34,256 nt of DNA from Octopus sinensis (GCF_006345805.1 NW_021831708.1:1-34256); one strand, 5' to 3'. Shown: positions 1 through 10,539, counted from the stretch's first letter. Numbers and translations: made by a program. The notes: generated by a model from the sequence alone, not told the origin.

Positions 1-8
1 AAAGATAA

Positions 9-190
9 GTTTCTTTATTGGCCACACAGGGCTGCACACAGATGGGACAAGTTACAAGGTAGAGCTTTTTCTTTGGGGGGGGATGAAAAAAAAAAAAAAA
101 AGAAACAAAAAAAAGGGGGTGGCGTAGGTTTTCGATCAAGAGGGATCGTAAAAGGAAAGAAAAGAACCAAAAAAAAAAAAATAAAATAAA
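9..190 (-). mobile_element. Probable 3' UTR/terminus of a 5'-truncated non-LTR retrotransposon; tail resembles the SINE-A tail
   Basis: Minus strand ends ...TTGTCCCATCTGTGTGCAGCCCTGTGTGGCCAATAAAGAAA, similar to the SINE-A tail TTGTCCTCTCTGTGTTTAGCCCCTTGTGGGCAATAAAGAAATA, but the upstream pyrimidine-rich sequence is unrelated to SINE-A. Confidence 0.45.
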
Positions 191-209
191 AATATAAAAG
201 AGAAAGTGA

Positions 210-224
210 AAGATAGATAGATGA

Positions 225-258
<34 letters not shown>

Positions 259-500
259 CGGGAGAGAGAGAGAGAAAGAGAAGCTGACTGCTAAACACAG
301 ACAGATGAATGGATAGACAGATAGACGGATGGACAGACGGTATGATTAACAGAAGAATGAAGCGATTGATGGAACGATAAACATTCGGAAAAGTAGGGAG
401 ACTCGAGAAGCAGGTGGTTAGAAGGAGACAATCAAAGGACATGTGCGTGCAGGAAGTGTGCGCGCGCGTGTGTATGTGTGTGCGCGTGTGTGTGCGCGCG
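210..500. repeat. Compound microsatellite/low-complexity (GATA, GA, GACA, GT/GC)
   Basis: Direct reading. Confidence 0.85.
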
Positions 501-657
501 CTGATATATCTATTCATACATATATAAGCACATTTTTCCTTTTTTCTTTTTTGTTTATTTTTTGTTTTGTTTTTAGTTTGTTTATAGAAAAACTCCGCGT
601 AGAAGATATTTTCTTAACAGAAAAGAACTTTTTTTTATTTTGGTTCCTTGACTACAC

Positions 658-1214
658 TACCTATTTCTTTATTACCCACAAGGAGCTGAACATAGATGGG
701 GACAAACATGGACAGACATAGGTATTAAGTCGATTATATCGACCCCAGTGCTTAACTGGTACTTAATTTATCGACCCCGAAAGGATGAAAGGCAAAGTCG
801 ACCTCGGCGGAATTTGAACTCACAACGTAACGGCAGGCGAAATACCTATTTCTTTATTACCCACAAGGGGCTGAACATAGAGGGGACAAACATGGACAGA
901 CATAGGTATTAAGTCGATTATATCGACCCCAGTGCTTAACTGGTACTTAATTTATCGACCCCGAAGGATGAAAGGCAAGGTTAAAGTCACCTCGCGGAAT
1001 TTGAACTCACAACGTAACGGCAGGCGAATAACCTATTTCTTTCCTTTATTACCCACAAGGGGCTGAACATAGAGGGGACAAACATGGACAGACATAGGTA
1101 TTAAGTCGATTATATCGACCCCAGTGCTTAACTGGTACTTAATTTATCGACCCCGAAAGGATGAAAGGCAAAGTCGACCTCGGCGGAATTTGAACTCACA
1201 ACGTAACGGCAGAC
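658..1214 (-). mobile_element. SINE family A, head-less trimer (3 x ~185 bp)
   Basis: Three tandem units TATTTCTTTATTACCCACAAGG...GAACTCACAACGTAACGGCAG starting near 662, 847 and 1034; units share private variants (AACATGGACAGACATAGG, GTGCTTAACTGG). Confidence 0.92.
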
Positions 1215-1736
1215 CGAAGGTCTTCGGGCTAATTGGATGTCTACCACATAACTTGTGTGTGGGGGTGGGGTTGCAGGGGATAGATCTGTCTGTCTGTCCT
1301 TAGACATTTTAAAAACTGTCTGTCATACGCTTTTGATATTAGCCAGATTTACGCGTCACTCGATGACTGTCTCAGAAGTGTCAGGAAGAGATATTTTGTC
1401 ACAGTAACGGTAGCACTATTGTAAATAAATACAATCGGAACTATAAACGGAATATACGAAATTTCGGACACACGTACACAGAGCAGGGCTTGCAAATGAT
1501 CAGTGCTGGAATGGAAAATAATTTCAATGAAAATGCATGTATATATATCAACACACTATCTATGGAAATTGTGGACAAAAACGAGGGATTCGACGTGTTC
1601 CAAGTAAAAGGAGGAAAGTGTATGAGGTTATGTCGCTAAAAGCAGTACCACTTCGCTCGACAAGTGTTTTTATAAGATATAATGAAGTAGAAGGCAGCGT
1701 GGCTTGCTGTTTTGAAAACGGAGTTGGGTTTCTTAT

Positions 1737-1889
1737 AAGTAGATTTACTAAGGGATGTGGACGATGCGGGTGGTCTGTAACGGCAGCGCTTTTATTGGGG
1801 CGGCGCTTTTGGGTTCTCGTGCAAGCTGTAGAAGCCCAGGGCAAATTTGAGGTTTGGCCCGGGCGGCATACCCTCTAGCTACACCACTG
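1737..1889 (-). mobile_element. Degenerate hAT-like MITE (CAGTGGTGTAGCTAG terminus)
   Basis: Minus strand starts CAGTGGTGTAGCTAGAGGG, similar to the terminus at 20538; the other end is decayed and no clean TSD is seen. Confidence 0.4.
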
Positions 1890-2379
1890 CTCCACATATG
1901 CCCTTAAATGAAGAGCTGGAGGAAGCCCAAATTCATGTGTGGAAGATTGTGTGTTCCGTTGGTTAGTGCAACATGTGGAGAGGCGCGTGCCTGTTTTTTT
2001 TTTTTTTGGTTTTTTTTTTAATCGAAAACGGGACGAAGATAGTTGGAGTTGCAGTGCCATATGTCTGTTCACAGACTGATGTAGCAATACATGGGACTTA
2101 GAAATACCAGATTCACAGGGAGAGAAATTGCTCGGCTTGTTAGATTTGCTCAACATGGGGGTAATACAAGAGTACAATATGTAACCCGATGGTATATGTA
2201 AGGTCATATAGATTCTAATGATAACCAAAGACAAACAAGTCCATCTAGAAGCTTTACCTCATTGAGGGAGCAAAGAAGAGGTCAGTCAAATTAGTGGGCA
2301 GTAATAATGGTCTCTTCAGAGCGTTCAGTCCGGAAAACAATTAGTAAACCAGTCGAAAAGAGAGAACAGCGGACGTGAG

Positions 2380-2574
2380 AAGACGCGGCAACGAAATAGA
2401 GACAACGGCAGCAGACACCAGAAGCGAAGACCTTAGCTGTTTCTGCTACAGGTTTTCACGTATCGCTATTCGCGGCTCTGGAACGATCAAAGAGGACACA
2501 AGTAAAATCGTCCTCTCGATCGTGCCACCAGTGTCAGAAACTGGCAATAAATGGAAAGCCGGGAGGTTACAACC
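2380..2574 (+). mobile_element. MITE-like repeat, copy 1 (AAGAYGCGGCAACGAA terminus)
   Basis: Body aligns to the reverse complement of 6249-6430 (CTGCTACAG...AATCGTCCTCTCG...GTGCCACCAGWGTCAGAAAYTGGCAA...CCGGGAGGTYACAACC). Confidence 0.7.
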
Positions 2575-2645
2575 ATCAATACAAAATCGGTTTGAGACCA
2601 CACTCAGCATCAAAATCAAGTCATCTTGATTTATATATATATATT

Positions 2646-3064
2646 TCTCTTTTTTCTCTTTTCTCTTTTACTTGTTTCAGTCATTTGACTGCGGCCATGC
2701 TGGAGCACCGCCTTTAGTCGAGCAAATCGACCCCGGGACTTATTCTTTGTAAGCCCAGTACTTACTCTATCGGTCTCTTTTGCCGAACCGCTAAGTGACG
2801 GGGACGTAAACACACACCAGCATCAGTTGTCAAGCAATGCTAGAGGGACAAACACAGACACACAAACACACACACACATACATATATATATATACATATA
2901 TTCGACAGGCTTCTTTCAGTTTGTGTCTACCAAATCCACTCACAAGGCATTGGTCGGCCCGGGGCTATAGCAGAAGACACTTGCCCAAGATGCCACGCAG
3001 TGGGACTGAACCCGGAACCATGTGGTTGGTTAGCAAGCTACTTACCACACAGCCACTCCTGCGC

Positions 3065-3065
<1 letters not shown>
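2646..3065 (-). mobile_element. SINE family B, full length (tRNA head, internal TA/TG microsatellite, TAAAAGAG tail)
   Basis: Minus strand: GGCGCAGGAGTGGCTGTGTGGTAAG (A-box)...GGGTTCAGTCCC (B-box-like)...CAGTCAAATGACTGAAACAAGTAAAAGAG; close copies at 9862, 16918 and 28914. Confidence 0.92.
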
Positions 3066-3106
<41 letters not shown>

Positions 3107-3953
3107 AGAAATTAAATATAAAATATAAATTACAAAGTGGGACAAGAACGCAAAAACACACAAAGAGACGACATAAAAAAAAACAGACGGGTCACTCGAA
3201 GCCTCTAATCTTCAGTCGGAACCGGATCATCTTAGCAATTTCGGCTGTTTGAGGAGAAAGCAACAAGTGGGGAAGGGAAGGAAACGTAAAGAAAGGAATG
3301 AAGGGACAGAAAGAAAATAATGAGCCCCTTAGAAAAGGGCGAATAAAACAACGGGGTCTCTAACGACATAACACCAACTCCTACGAAGTACCTGAACTAT
3401 AACAGGCTACAAAAGTAGAACACTATCCTGTTTGATCTAACAATGACCTTAGAATGAATCTATATACGCAAGCGATATGCTGATAGGGAAAGAGATGGAA
3501 CATGAGCACCAAGAGCAATTTTGATAAAGACCACGCTAATGGGCAATCAACTGTTGGACGAGTATGCTCAAGAGCGCTTCACAGCTCAGCTAAACCCAAA
3601 ATTGCTAAGGAGCAATTCTGGAGAACTAAGTTTGTAGAAAAGGTGTAAGTAGAAGGTAGTCAATTATGAAGGGCTCTGATCCCAACAGGCGACTCGTCAT
3701 CTGTACCTGAGAGCAGGCCCTTACACCCTCACACACACATATACATCTATTATTTGCTTTTATTTTAAAGTTGTATCTATGTGGATATATCATAGTGATT
3801 TACTTTTTATACTTTTGCTTGTATTTCTATTTGTCTTCTTTTGCAAAATAAATTTTTAACGTCTTGATATATACTGTTCTATATTTAAGAGATGAGGCAT
3901 TATGTACATTATTTACATTCGATGGATATTTGTCCTCATCTTGTGTGTTGTTA

Positions 3954-3997
3954 ACACAACGTTTCGGCTGATATACCCTCCAGCTTTCTGCAGGTGT
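3954..3997 (-). ncRNA. Minimal type I hammerhead ribozyme motif (Penelope-type), A6C variant
   Basis: ACAC-CTGCAGA-A-AGCTG-GAGGGTATAT-CAGCC-GAAAC-GTT-GTGT: stem I ACAC/GTGT, stem II GCTG/CAGC, palindromic AACGTT in place of stem III. Confidence 0.65.
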
Positions 3998-4154
3998 CTT
4001 AGGGCATATGGCGTAGTGGTTAATAGCGCGGGCTACTAATCCCAAGATTCCGAGTTCGATTCCAAGCAGTGACCTGAACAATAATAATAATCATAAGATA
4101 TTAACATCGAAGAATACCTTAGGAATGAGAACCCAGGTTCGAAATTTCCCTAAG

Positions 4155-4199
4155 ACACCTGAAGAAGGCTTGGAGGGTATATCGGCCGGAACGTTGTGT
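4155..4199 (+). ncRNA. Minimal type I hammerhead ribozyme motif (Penelope-type), GAAA>GGAA variant
   Basis: ACAC-CTGAAGA-A-GGCT-TGGAGGGTATATC-GGCC-GGAAC-GTT-GTGT; intact CUGANGA box. Confidence 0.65.
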
Positions 4200-4283
4200 T
4201 AACAACAAACAAAATGAGGACAAATATCCGTCGAATTTAAATAAAGTCTTAATATATTTTATTACGATTTTGCCCGTCCTCGG

Positions 4284-4317
<34 letters not shown>

Positions 4318-4320
<3 letters not shown>

Positions 4321-4456
4321 GCGCATGTGGCTTAGTGGTTAGGGTGGTGGACTCATGATCGTAAGATTGTGGGTTCGATTCCTAAACCGGGCGATACGTT
4401 GTGTGCTCTTGAGCAAAACATTTCATTTCACATTGCTCCAGTCAACCCAGCAGGCA
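4318..4456 (+). mobile_element. Old SINE family C-related head/core fragment
   Basis: GGCGCATGTGGCTTAGTGGTTAGGG...GGTTCGATTCC...CTTGAGCAAAACA. Confidence 0.7.
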
Positions 4457-4471
4457 GAATTGTTATCTTAA

Positions 4472-4650
4472 TGGCATTTCGCCCGTCTTAACGTTCTGAG
4501 TTCAAATTCCGCAGACGTCGACTCTACTCTTCATTATTTAGGGGTCGATGAAATAAGAACCTGTTGATCTCTGGGGACGATGTAATCGACGTGCAAACCC
4601 CTTCCCGAATTTCAGGCCTTGTGCCTAGAGTGGAAAGTTTATTATTATCA
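4472..4650 (+). mobile_element. Old SINE-A copy with alternative tail (AATTTCAGGCCTTGTGCCTAGAGTGGAAAG + ATT repeats)
   Basis: GTTCTGAGTTCAAATTCCGC...GGGGTCGAT core. Confidence 0.8.
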
Positions 4651-4660
4651 TTATTATTAT

Positions 4661-4692
<32 letters not shown>

Positions 4693-4708
4693 TTATTATT
4701 ATTATTAT

Positions 4709-4760
<52 letters not shown>
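4640..4760. repeat. (ATT)n(ACT)n(ATT)n(AAT)n compound trinucleotide repeat
   Basis: Direct reading. Confidence 0.95.
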
Positions 4761-4761
<1 letters not shown>

Positions 4762-5167
4762 GGACGGTGATTTGGCAAAAGGGTTAGCACGCCGGGCGAA
4801 ATGTTTAGCTTTTTCGTCTGCCGTTACGTTCTGAGTTCAAATTCCGCCGAGGTCGACTTTGCCATTCATCCTTTCGGGGTCGATAAATTAAGTAGCAGTT
4901 ACGCACTGGGGTCGATGTAATCGACTTAATACCTATGTCTGTCCTTGTTTGTCCCTTGTGGGCAGTAAAGAAATTGGTATTTCGTCTGCCGTTACGTTCT
5001 GAGTTCAAATTCCGCCGAGGTCGACTTTGCCTTTCATCCATTCGGGGTCGATAAATTAAGTACCAGTTACGCACTGGGGTCGATGTAATCGACTTAATAC
5101 CTTTGTCAGTCCTTGTTTCTCCCCTCTAAGTTTGGCCCCTTGTGAGCAATAAAGCAATAAAGAAATA
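4762..5167 (+). mobile_element. SINE-A dimer (head + 2 units)
   Basis: Junction AAAGAAATTGGTATTTCGTCTG near 4968-4990. Confidence 0.9.
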
Positions 5168-5364
5168 TGAATCGCTAGAGCCTAGGGCTAAGTGTTTCCC
5201 GGTTTTTGTTTCAGTTATTTATATTCTGAGTTCAAATCCCTCTGAAGTAAACTTTCTTTTTCATCTATGTGGGATCTATGAAATGAAGTGCTAATCAATA
5301 ATTGGGGCCAACAGCATCGACTAACCTTTCCGCACTTACACCAGGGCTTGCACCAATATACTTT

Positions 5365-5637
5365 CATTGTTTTATTCTTTTACTTGTTTCAGTCATTTGA
5401 CTACGTCCATGCTGGAGCACCGCAGAAATCGACCTCAGGACTTATTCATTGTAAACCTATTATTTATTTTATCGCTTTCTTTGCCAACTGCTAAGTTACG
5501 GGGACAAACACACCAGCATCAGTTATTAAGAAATGGCGTTGGGACACACACGCATATGAGGGGCTTCTTTCAGTTTCCGTCTACCAAATCCACTCACAAG
5601 GCTTTGGTCGACCCGAGGCTATAGCAGAGGACACTTA
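5365..5637 (-). mobile_element. SINE-B, degenerate, 5'-truncated
   Basis: CTTGTTTCAGTCATTTGACTAC...CCACTCACAAGGCTTTGGTCG. Confidence 0.85.
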
Positions 5638-5829
5638 GAAATAATTATTAGGAATATTATTATACAAAAATAATCCATGTGTAAATAAAGCAATGGAAAG
5701 GGAATGTGCCGAGATGGAACTGAGAAGAAAAAGCGATGTGAGGAGGAATAAACTTAGAAGAGCGCTGTGTGTGCATACGTGTTTGTATCGGTTGAAGAAT
5801 GTTTATAGCTTAGGTTGAAATGAAAAAGA

Positions 5830-6031
5830 TATTTCTTTATTGCCCACAAGGGGCTAAACATAGAGGGGACAAACAAGGACAGACAAAGGGATAAAGTCGA
5901 TTACATCTACCCCAGTGAGTAACTGGTACTTAATTTATCGACCCCGAAAGGATGAAAGGCAAAGTCGACCTCGGCGGAATTTGAACTCACAACGTAGCGG
6001 CAGACGAAATACGGCTACGCATTTCGCCCGG
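5830..6031 (-). mobile_element. SINE-A monomer, 5'-truncated
   Basis: Matches family consensus. Confidence 0.9.
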
Positions 6032-6096
6032 GAAACAGAGATAAGAATTAGAAGGGCTGCAAATTAAATTGCTTCTGTTATACAGCTATCAGAGCT

Positions 6097-6241
<145 letters not shown>

Positions 6242-6248
6242 CTATTTT

Positions 6249-6430
6249 AAGATGCGGCAACGAAGCAGAAACAGAGGTTGTGACCTCCCGGTTTTCCGCT
6301 TGTTGCCAATTTCTGACTCTGGTGGCACCCACGAGAGGACGATTAGATCATTCTGAGAGCCGCAAATGACGATGCGTTGAAAACTGTAGCAGCAACGGCC
6401 AAGGATTTTAACTCTTATTTCTTGCAATCT
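6249..6430 (-). mobile_element. MITE-like repeat, copy 2
   Basis: Reverse-complement match to 2380-2574; AAGATGCGGCAACGAA lies at the opposite end of the body relative to copy 1, implying TIRs. Confidence 0.7.
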
Positions 6431-6537
6431 AGATCCTATACGGCACCCCCGTTCACAATTAGTGACAATTACATTTTTCCTTTATGGTTTTATATTACGC
6501 TTAGCTGTTCATATTAATTTTTAGTGTGTGTGTGTGT

Positions 6538-6806
6538 ATCGCAGGATCGCGGTTTCGATTCCCAGACCGGGCGTTGTGAGTGTTTATTGAGCGAAAACAC
6601 CTAAAAGCTCCACGAGGCTCCGGCAGGGGATGGCAGGTGATCCCTGCTGTACTCTTTCACCACTCTTTCTCCCACTCTTTCTTCTGTTGGCCTGCTCGCT
6701 TAGCCAGCGGGGTGGCGTCATTCGAAGGCTAAAACAATGCGAACGCATTGTGACCAGCGATGTGTAACAACATCTGATGGTCTGGTCGGTCACGTGATCA
6801 CGTGAT
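6538..6806 (+). mobile_element. SINE family C, 5'-truncated, tail type 1 (ends GGTCACGTGATCACGTGA)
   Basis: GGATCGCGGTTTCGATTCCCAGACCGGGCGTTGTGAGTGTTTATTGAGCGAAAACACC shared with 13970 and 27306. Confidence 0.88.
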
Positions 6807-7145
6807 AGATATATATATATATATATATGTATACACGCACACACACAATATCATATGTTTGCCACTCTTCCTATCTCCTTCTCTTTACTGCACTTTTTTC
6901 TCTCTCTCTCTCCTTTCTGTTTCTTCGATTACGTTTCTCCGCATTTATACGCTTGAATAATTCCTATTACTGTCCGGGGAGTGAAGCTAATACAAGTTCT
7001 CTGACACCCACCCACTCGAATGAGTGTTAAATTGAAAACAAACAACTTATAGCACATACAAGAGACATTGATAGATCTAACTCTTGCTCCCTCTCTCTCT
7101 CTCTCTCTCACACACATACACATTGTTTTTTTTATAAATGTGTAT

Positions 7146-7376
7146 GGCGGCGAGCTGGTAGACACGTTAGCGCGCCGGGCGGAATGCTTAGCGGTATTTC
7201 GTCTATCGTTACGTTCTGAGTTCAAATTCCGCCGAGGTCGACTTTGCCTTTCATCCTTTCGGGGTCGATAAATTAAGTACCAGTTTCTCACTGGGGTCGA
7301 TGTAATCGACTTAATCCGTTTGTCTGTCCTTGTTTGTCCTCTCTATATTTATCCCCTTGTGGGCAATAAAGAAATA
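7146..7376 (+). mobile_element. SINE-A full-length monomer with 13-bp TSD
   Basis: GGCGGCGAGCTGG...B-box GAGTTCAAATTCC...AAAGAAATA; TSD TATAAATGTGTAT at 7133-7145 and 7377-7389. Confidence 0.95.
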
Positions 7377-7516
7377 TATAAATGTGTATGGATGGTTCTC
7401 CGTCATTTTCGACGACGTGGATTCAACTGAATTTTCTGCGCATTGAATTAGCGTGTACGCAACTGACCATTCCACAGACAGCTGTAGCTTTAATTCCATC
7501 TCCAAGTACAACTAGT

Positions 7517-7643
7517 GCAGTCGTGGCTGTGTGATAAGAAATTTGTTTCATAACTACATGGTTCTGTGTTCAGTCCCACCACGTGGCATGCTGAGCATGT
7601 GTTTTTTTGCTATAACCTCGAGCCGACCAAAGCTCTTGTGAGT
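7517..7643 (+). mobile_element. SINE-B 5' fragment, degenerate
   Basis: GTGGCTGTGTGATAAG...GTTCAGTCCCAC...CCGACCAAAGCTCTTGTGAGT. Confidence 0.75.
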
Positions 7644-7807
7644 ATTATACATTTATATAATATATGGCTATAAAATATATACGTATAAAATAAATATAAT
7701 ATGTGTGTGACATAAATATAGTAAATATAATACACACAAACACAAATATTCGAGGGTATTCTGTAAAGGTCCTAGGTTTAAAGGTGTCGCGAACGGTCTG
7801 TGCAAAG

Positions 7808-7844
<37 letters not shown>

Positions 7845-7977
7845 TAATAATAGTCGTCTTAAAAAACTCATAGTCAACATCACTTGTTAGAAATAAGTCG
7901 AATTTCGCTAAAATACAGCTTAAATAAGAAAAGGATATATTGCTTGATAGGGAACTATACACCCTTAACAAGACGGG

Positions 7978-9157
7978 GTTGACACCGCTCCCTTAAATGT
8001 AGAAAACGTGTCTCGCTATTGGCTACAAATATACAGGTTTTTCTTTTTTCGATTTATAAACCTCAGTAACTTTTTCTCCAATTTTTCCCCCCACAACATC
8101 ATACCTATTTCTTTACTACCCACAAGGGGCTAAACACAGAGAGAACAAACAAGGACACGTCTTTGATCACAAGTTCTTTTAATAAGGGTTGACAATAGAG
8201 TGAATGAAGAAGCACAGCAATGACGATACTACGACTACATCCTTATTAACCAACTCCACCACCACCTCGATAATGATGATGATGTTCATCAGTATCAGTA
8301 GACAGTAAAAAGTCTGAAAATCGGCTATAATAATGTAGCCTTCCAGTCTCATTGCTGTGAAGGTATGATGTTGTGGTGGAAAGGCGGCGAGCTGGCAGAA
8401 ACGTTGGCACGCCGGGCGAAATGCTTTGCGGTATTTCGTCTGCTGCTACGTTCTGAGTTTAAGTTCCGCCGAGGTCGACTTTGCCTTTCATCCTTTCGGG
8501 GTCGATTAAATAAGTACCAGTTACACACTGAGATCGATATAATCGACTTAATCCATTTGTGTGTCCTTGTTTGTCCTCTCTGTGTTTAGCTCCTTGTGTG
8601 TAGTAAAGAAATAGGTATTTCGTCTGCCGTTACGTTGTGAGTTCAAATTCTGCCGAAGTCGACTTTGCCTTTCATCCTTTCGGGGTCGATTAAATAAGTA
8701 CCAGTTACGCACTGGGGTCGATATAATCGAATTAATCCATTTGTCTGTCCTTGTTTGTCCCCTCTGTGTTTAGCCCCTAAACACAGAGGGGACAAACAAG
8801 GACAGACAAATGGATTAAGTCGTGGGTAGTAAAGAAATAGGTATTTCGTCTGCCGCTACGTTCTGAGTTCAAATTCCGCCGAGGTCGACTTTGCCTTTCA
8901 TCCTTTCGGGGGTCGATTAAATAAGTACCAGTTACGCACTGGGTCGATATAATCGACTTAATCCGTTTGTCTGTCCTTGTTTGTCCTCTCTGTGTTTAGC
9001 CCCTTGTGGGTAGTAAAGAAATAGGTATGATGTTGCGGAGGGAAAAAATTGGAGAAAAAGTTACTGAGGTTTATAAATCGACAAAAGTTAAAAACCTGTA
9101 TATTTTTAGCCAATAGCGAGACACACATTTTCTGCATTTAAAGGGAGCGGTGTCAAC
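7978..9157. repeat. Long inverted duplication, arms 7978-8157 and 8972-9157
   Basis: GTTGACACCGCTCCCTT...AAGGACA is the reverse complement of TGTCCTT...AAGGGAGCGGTGTCAAC with scattered mismatches. Confidence 0.9.
8383..9023 (+). mobile_element. SINE-A trimer with TSD and internal fold-back
   Basis: Head + 3 units; TSD core GGTATGATGTTG at 8362-8373 and 9024-9035; palindrome at 8732-8818. Confidence 0.93.
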
Positions 9158-9221
9158 TTTAAGGTGAAATTTAGAGTTTAGCGTCTGACCTTTTCATTGT
9201 AGCTTTCTAAATAAAACGAAA

Positions 9222-9678
9222 TCTCTCTCTATATAAACGGCAGTTTGTCTGTCTGTGTGTCTGTCAGGTTGTACCCTCACCCTGACCACGGCTTTCAACC
9301 GATTCTGATGAAACTTGACACACACATAGCCCAATGTCATAATTCAAAACTAAAGCAGCGAAAATTTTGAAAAGTTCCCCCAGTTCTGAAAAAATCGATA
9401 AATTCGACATGGGGTCGAGAATCTAAGCTTTTTATATGCAACACATTTTTTGGGCTGTACATGGGCTGTTCACGCGTTGGGAGGTGCAATGATGTTTTCA
9501 TGTTTTCGCCCAAAGGGACAGCTAGGAACATCGTATACACAGAAGTATTCGAGTGAAGAGAAGACATTGCAACCTACACATGCGCCTTCGTTCCCTAGAG
9601 GGAAAGAACTAGATTGGTATTAGTCGTTGCCTACTAGGGGCTCTTACAAACCCGAGCAACGCCGGGCGATACTGCTAG
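9222..9678 (+). mobile_element. Non-autonomous Helitron 1
   Basis: A|TC 5' end (TCTCTCTCTATATAAA), subterminal hairpin CCCGAGCAACGCCGGG (9651-9666), 3' CTAG|T, no TSD; contains a helicase C-terminal remnant. Confidence 0.9.
9455..9556 (+). pseudogene. Helitron RepHel (PIF1-family helicase) C-terminal fragment
   Basis: Manual translation LYMGCSRVGRCNDVFMFSPKGTARNIVYTEVFE* matches helicase motif VI (LYVAxSRV) and the typical terminal TxNIVYxEV of Helitron helicases. Confidence 0.85.
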
Positions 9679-9861
9679 TACCTAATAAAATCAACGTGCA
9701 TCATGTTACTGTTTCTTTTGTCTCTTCATTGGTTGTATGGTTTTATTATCTTTTAAACTTTGTTATATTGATATATTTGTCTGCATGTATTTACTTTATG
9801 CGTATGTATACCTGTCATGTATTTGTGTACATCATTGATATATAAGTGCATGTGGATGTAT

Positions 9862-10267
9862 CTCTTTTACTCTTTTACTTGTTTCAGTCATTTGACTGCG
9901 GCCATGCTGGAGCACCGCCTTTTAGTCGAGCAACTCGACCCCGGGACTTATTCTTTGTAAGCCCAGTACTTATTCTATCGGTCTGTTTTGCCGAACCGCT
10001 AAGTGACGGGGACATAAACACACCAGCATCGGTTGTCAAGCAATGCTAGGGGGACAAACACAGACACACAAACACACACATACATATATATATATACATA
10101 TATACGACGGGCTTCTTTCAGTTTCCGTCTACCAAATCCACTCACAAGGCTTTGGTCGGCCCGAGGCTATAGCAGAAGACACTTGCCCAAGGTGCCACGC
10201 AGTGGGACTGAACCCAGAACCATGTGGCTGGTAAGCAAGCTACCGACCACACAGCCACTCCTGCGCC
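9862..10267 (-). mobile_element. SINE-B, full length
   Basis: Near-identical to 2646-3065. Confidence 0.93.
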
Positions 10268-10539
10268 TATACACAGCTACTCCTGAAGTTTATATGTACA
10301 TTCATGCATTCATGTGTGTGTATGAAGGGTGCGTCTGTCTCCAAAACACCAAAGTTGAGTAACGTTTTCATGCTTGGATTTGTTAACTACGATAAGAATA
10401 ACAATGGTCGCCGGAGAATTGCATCCGCTTTTTTTTTTCTACAGAAACCCACTGATTCGATTGCGGAGATTCTAAATCTGCAAAAAACCTGCATTTCAAA
10501 ACTTAAATCCCCCCCCCCCCCCACCACCACCACCACCAC

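Larger units (their letters stand above)
3873..4245 (+). mobile_element. tRNA-headed SINE-like element with hammerhead-ribozyme-bearing tail, preceded by an inverted copy of that tail
   Basis: tRNA-like head 4002-4073 (A-box TGGCGTAGTGG, B-box GAGTTCGATTCC), (AAT)n spacer, tail 4148-4245; inverted tail 3873-4004; flanking direct repeat GTCTTGATATAT (3861-3872) / GTCTTAATATAT (4246-4257). Confidence 0.8.

Noticed and set aside
658-1214. CRISPR-like array appearance of tandem units
   Set aside because: Whole ~184-bp units repeat with no unique spacers; eukaryotic context, no cas genes.
1537-2300. ORFs of 94-119 aa as gene or RT fragments
   Set aside because: No recognisable motifs in the frames I translated; partly overlaps a MITE and a T-run. 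Could be an ancient element, but unsupported.
4002-4073. Functional tRNA gene
   Set aside because: A/B boxes are present, but acceptor and T stems pair poorly and no T-run terminator follows; treated as a SINE head. The same applies to the A, B and C heads.
4805-5074. Recurrent peptide RPRKDERQSRPRRNLNSER in many ORFs
   Set aside because: Antisense translation of SINE-A, not a gene family.
9300-9320. CTGATGAAAC as a hammerhead core
   Set aside because: No stem II between the boxes; it is part of the AACCGATT.TGATGAAA motif common near non-autonomous Helitron 5' regions.
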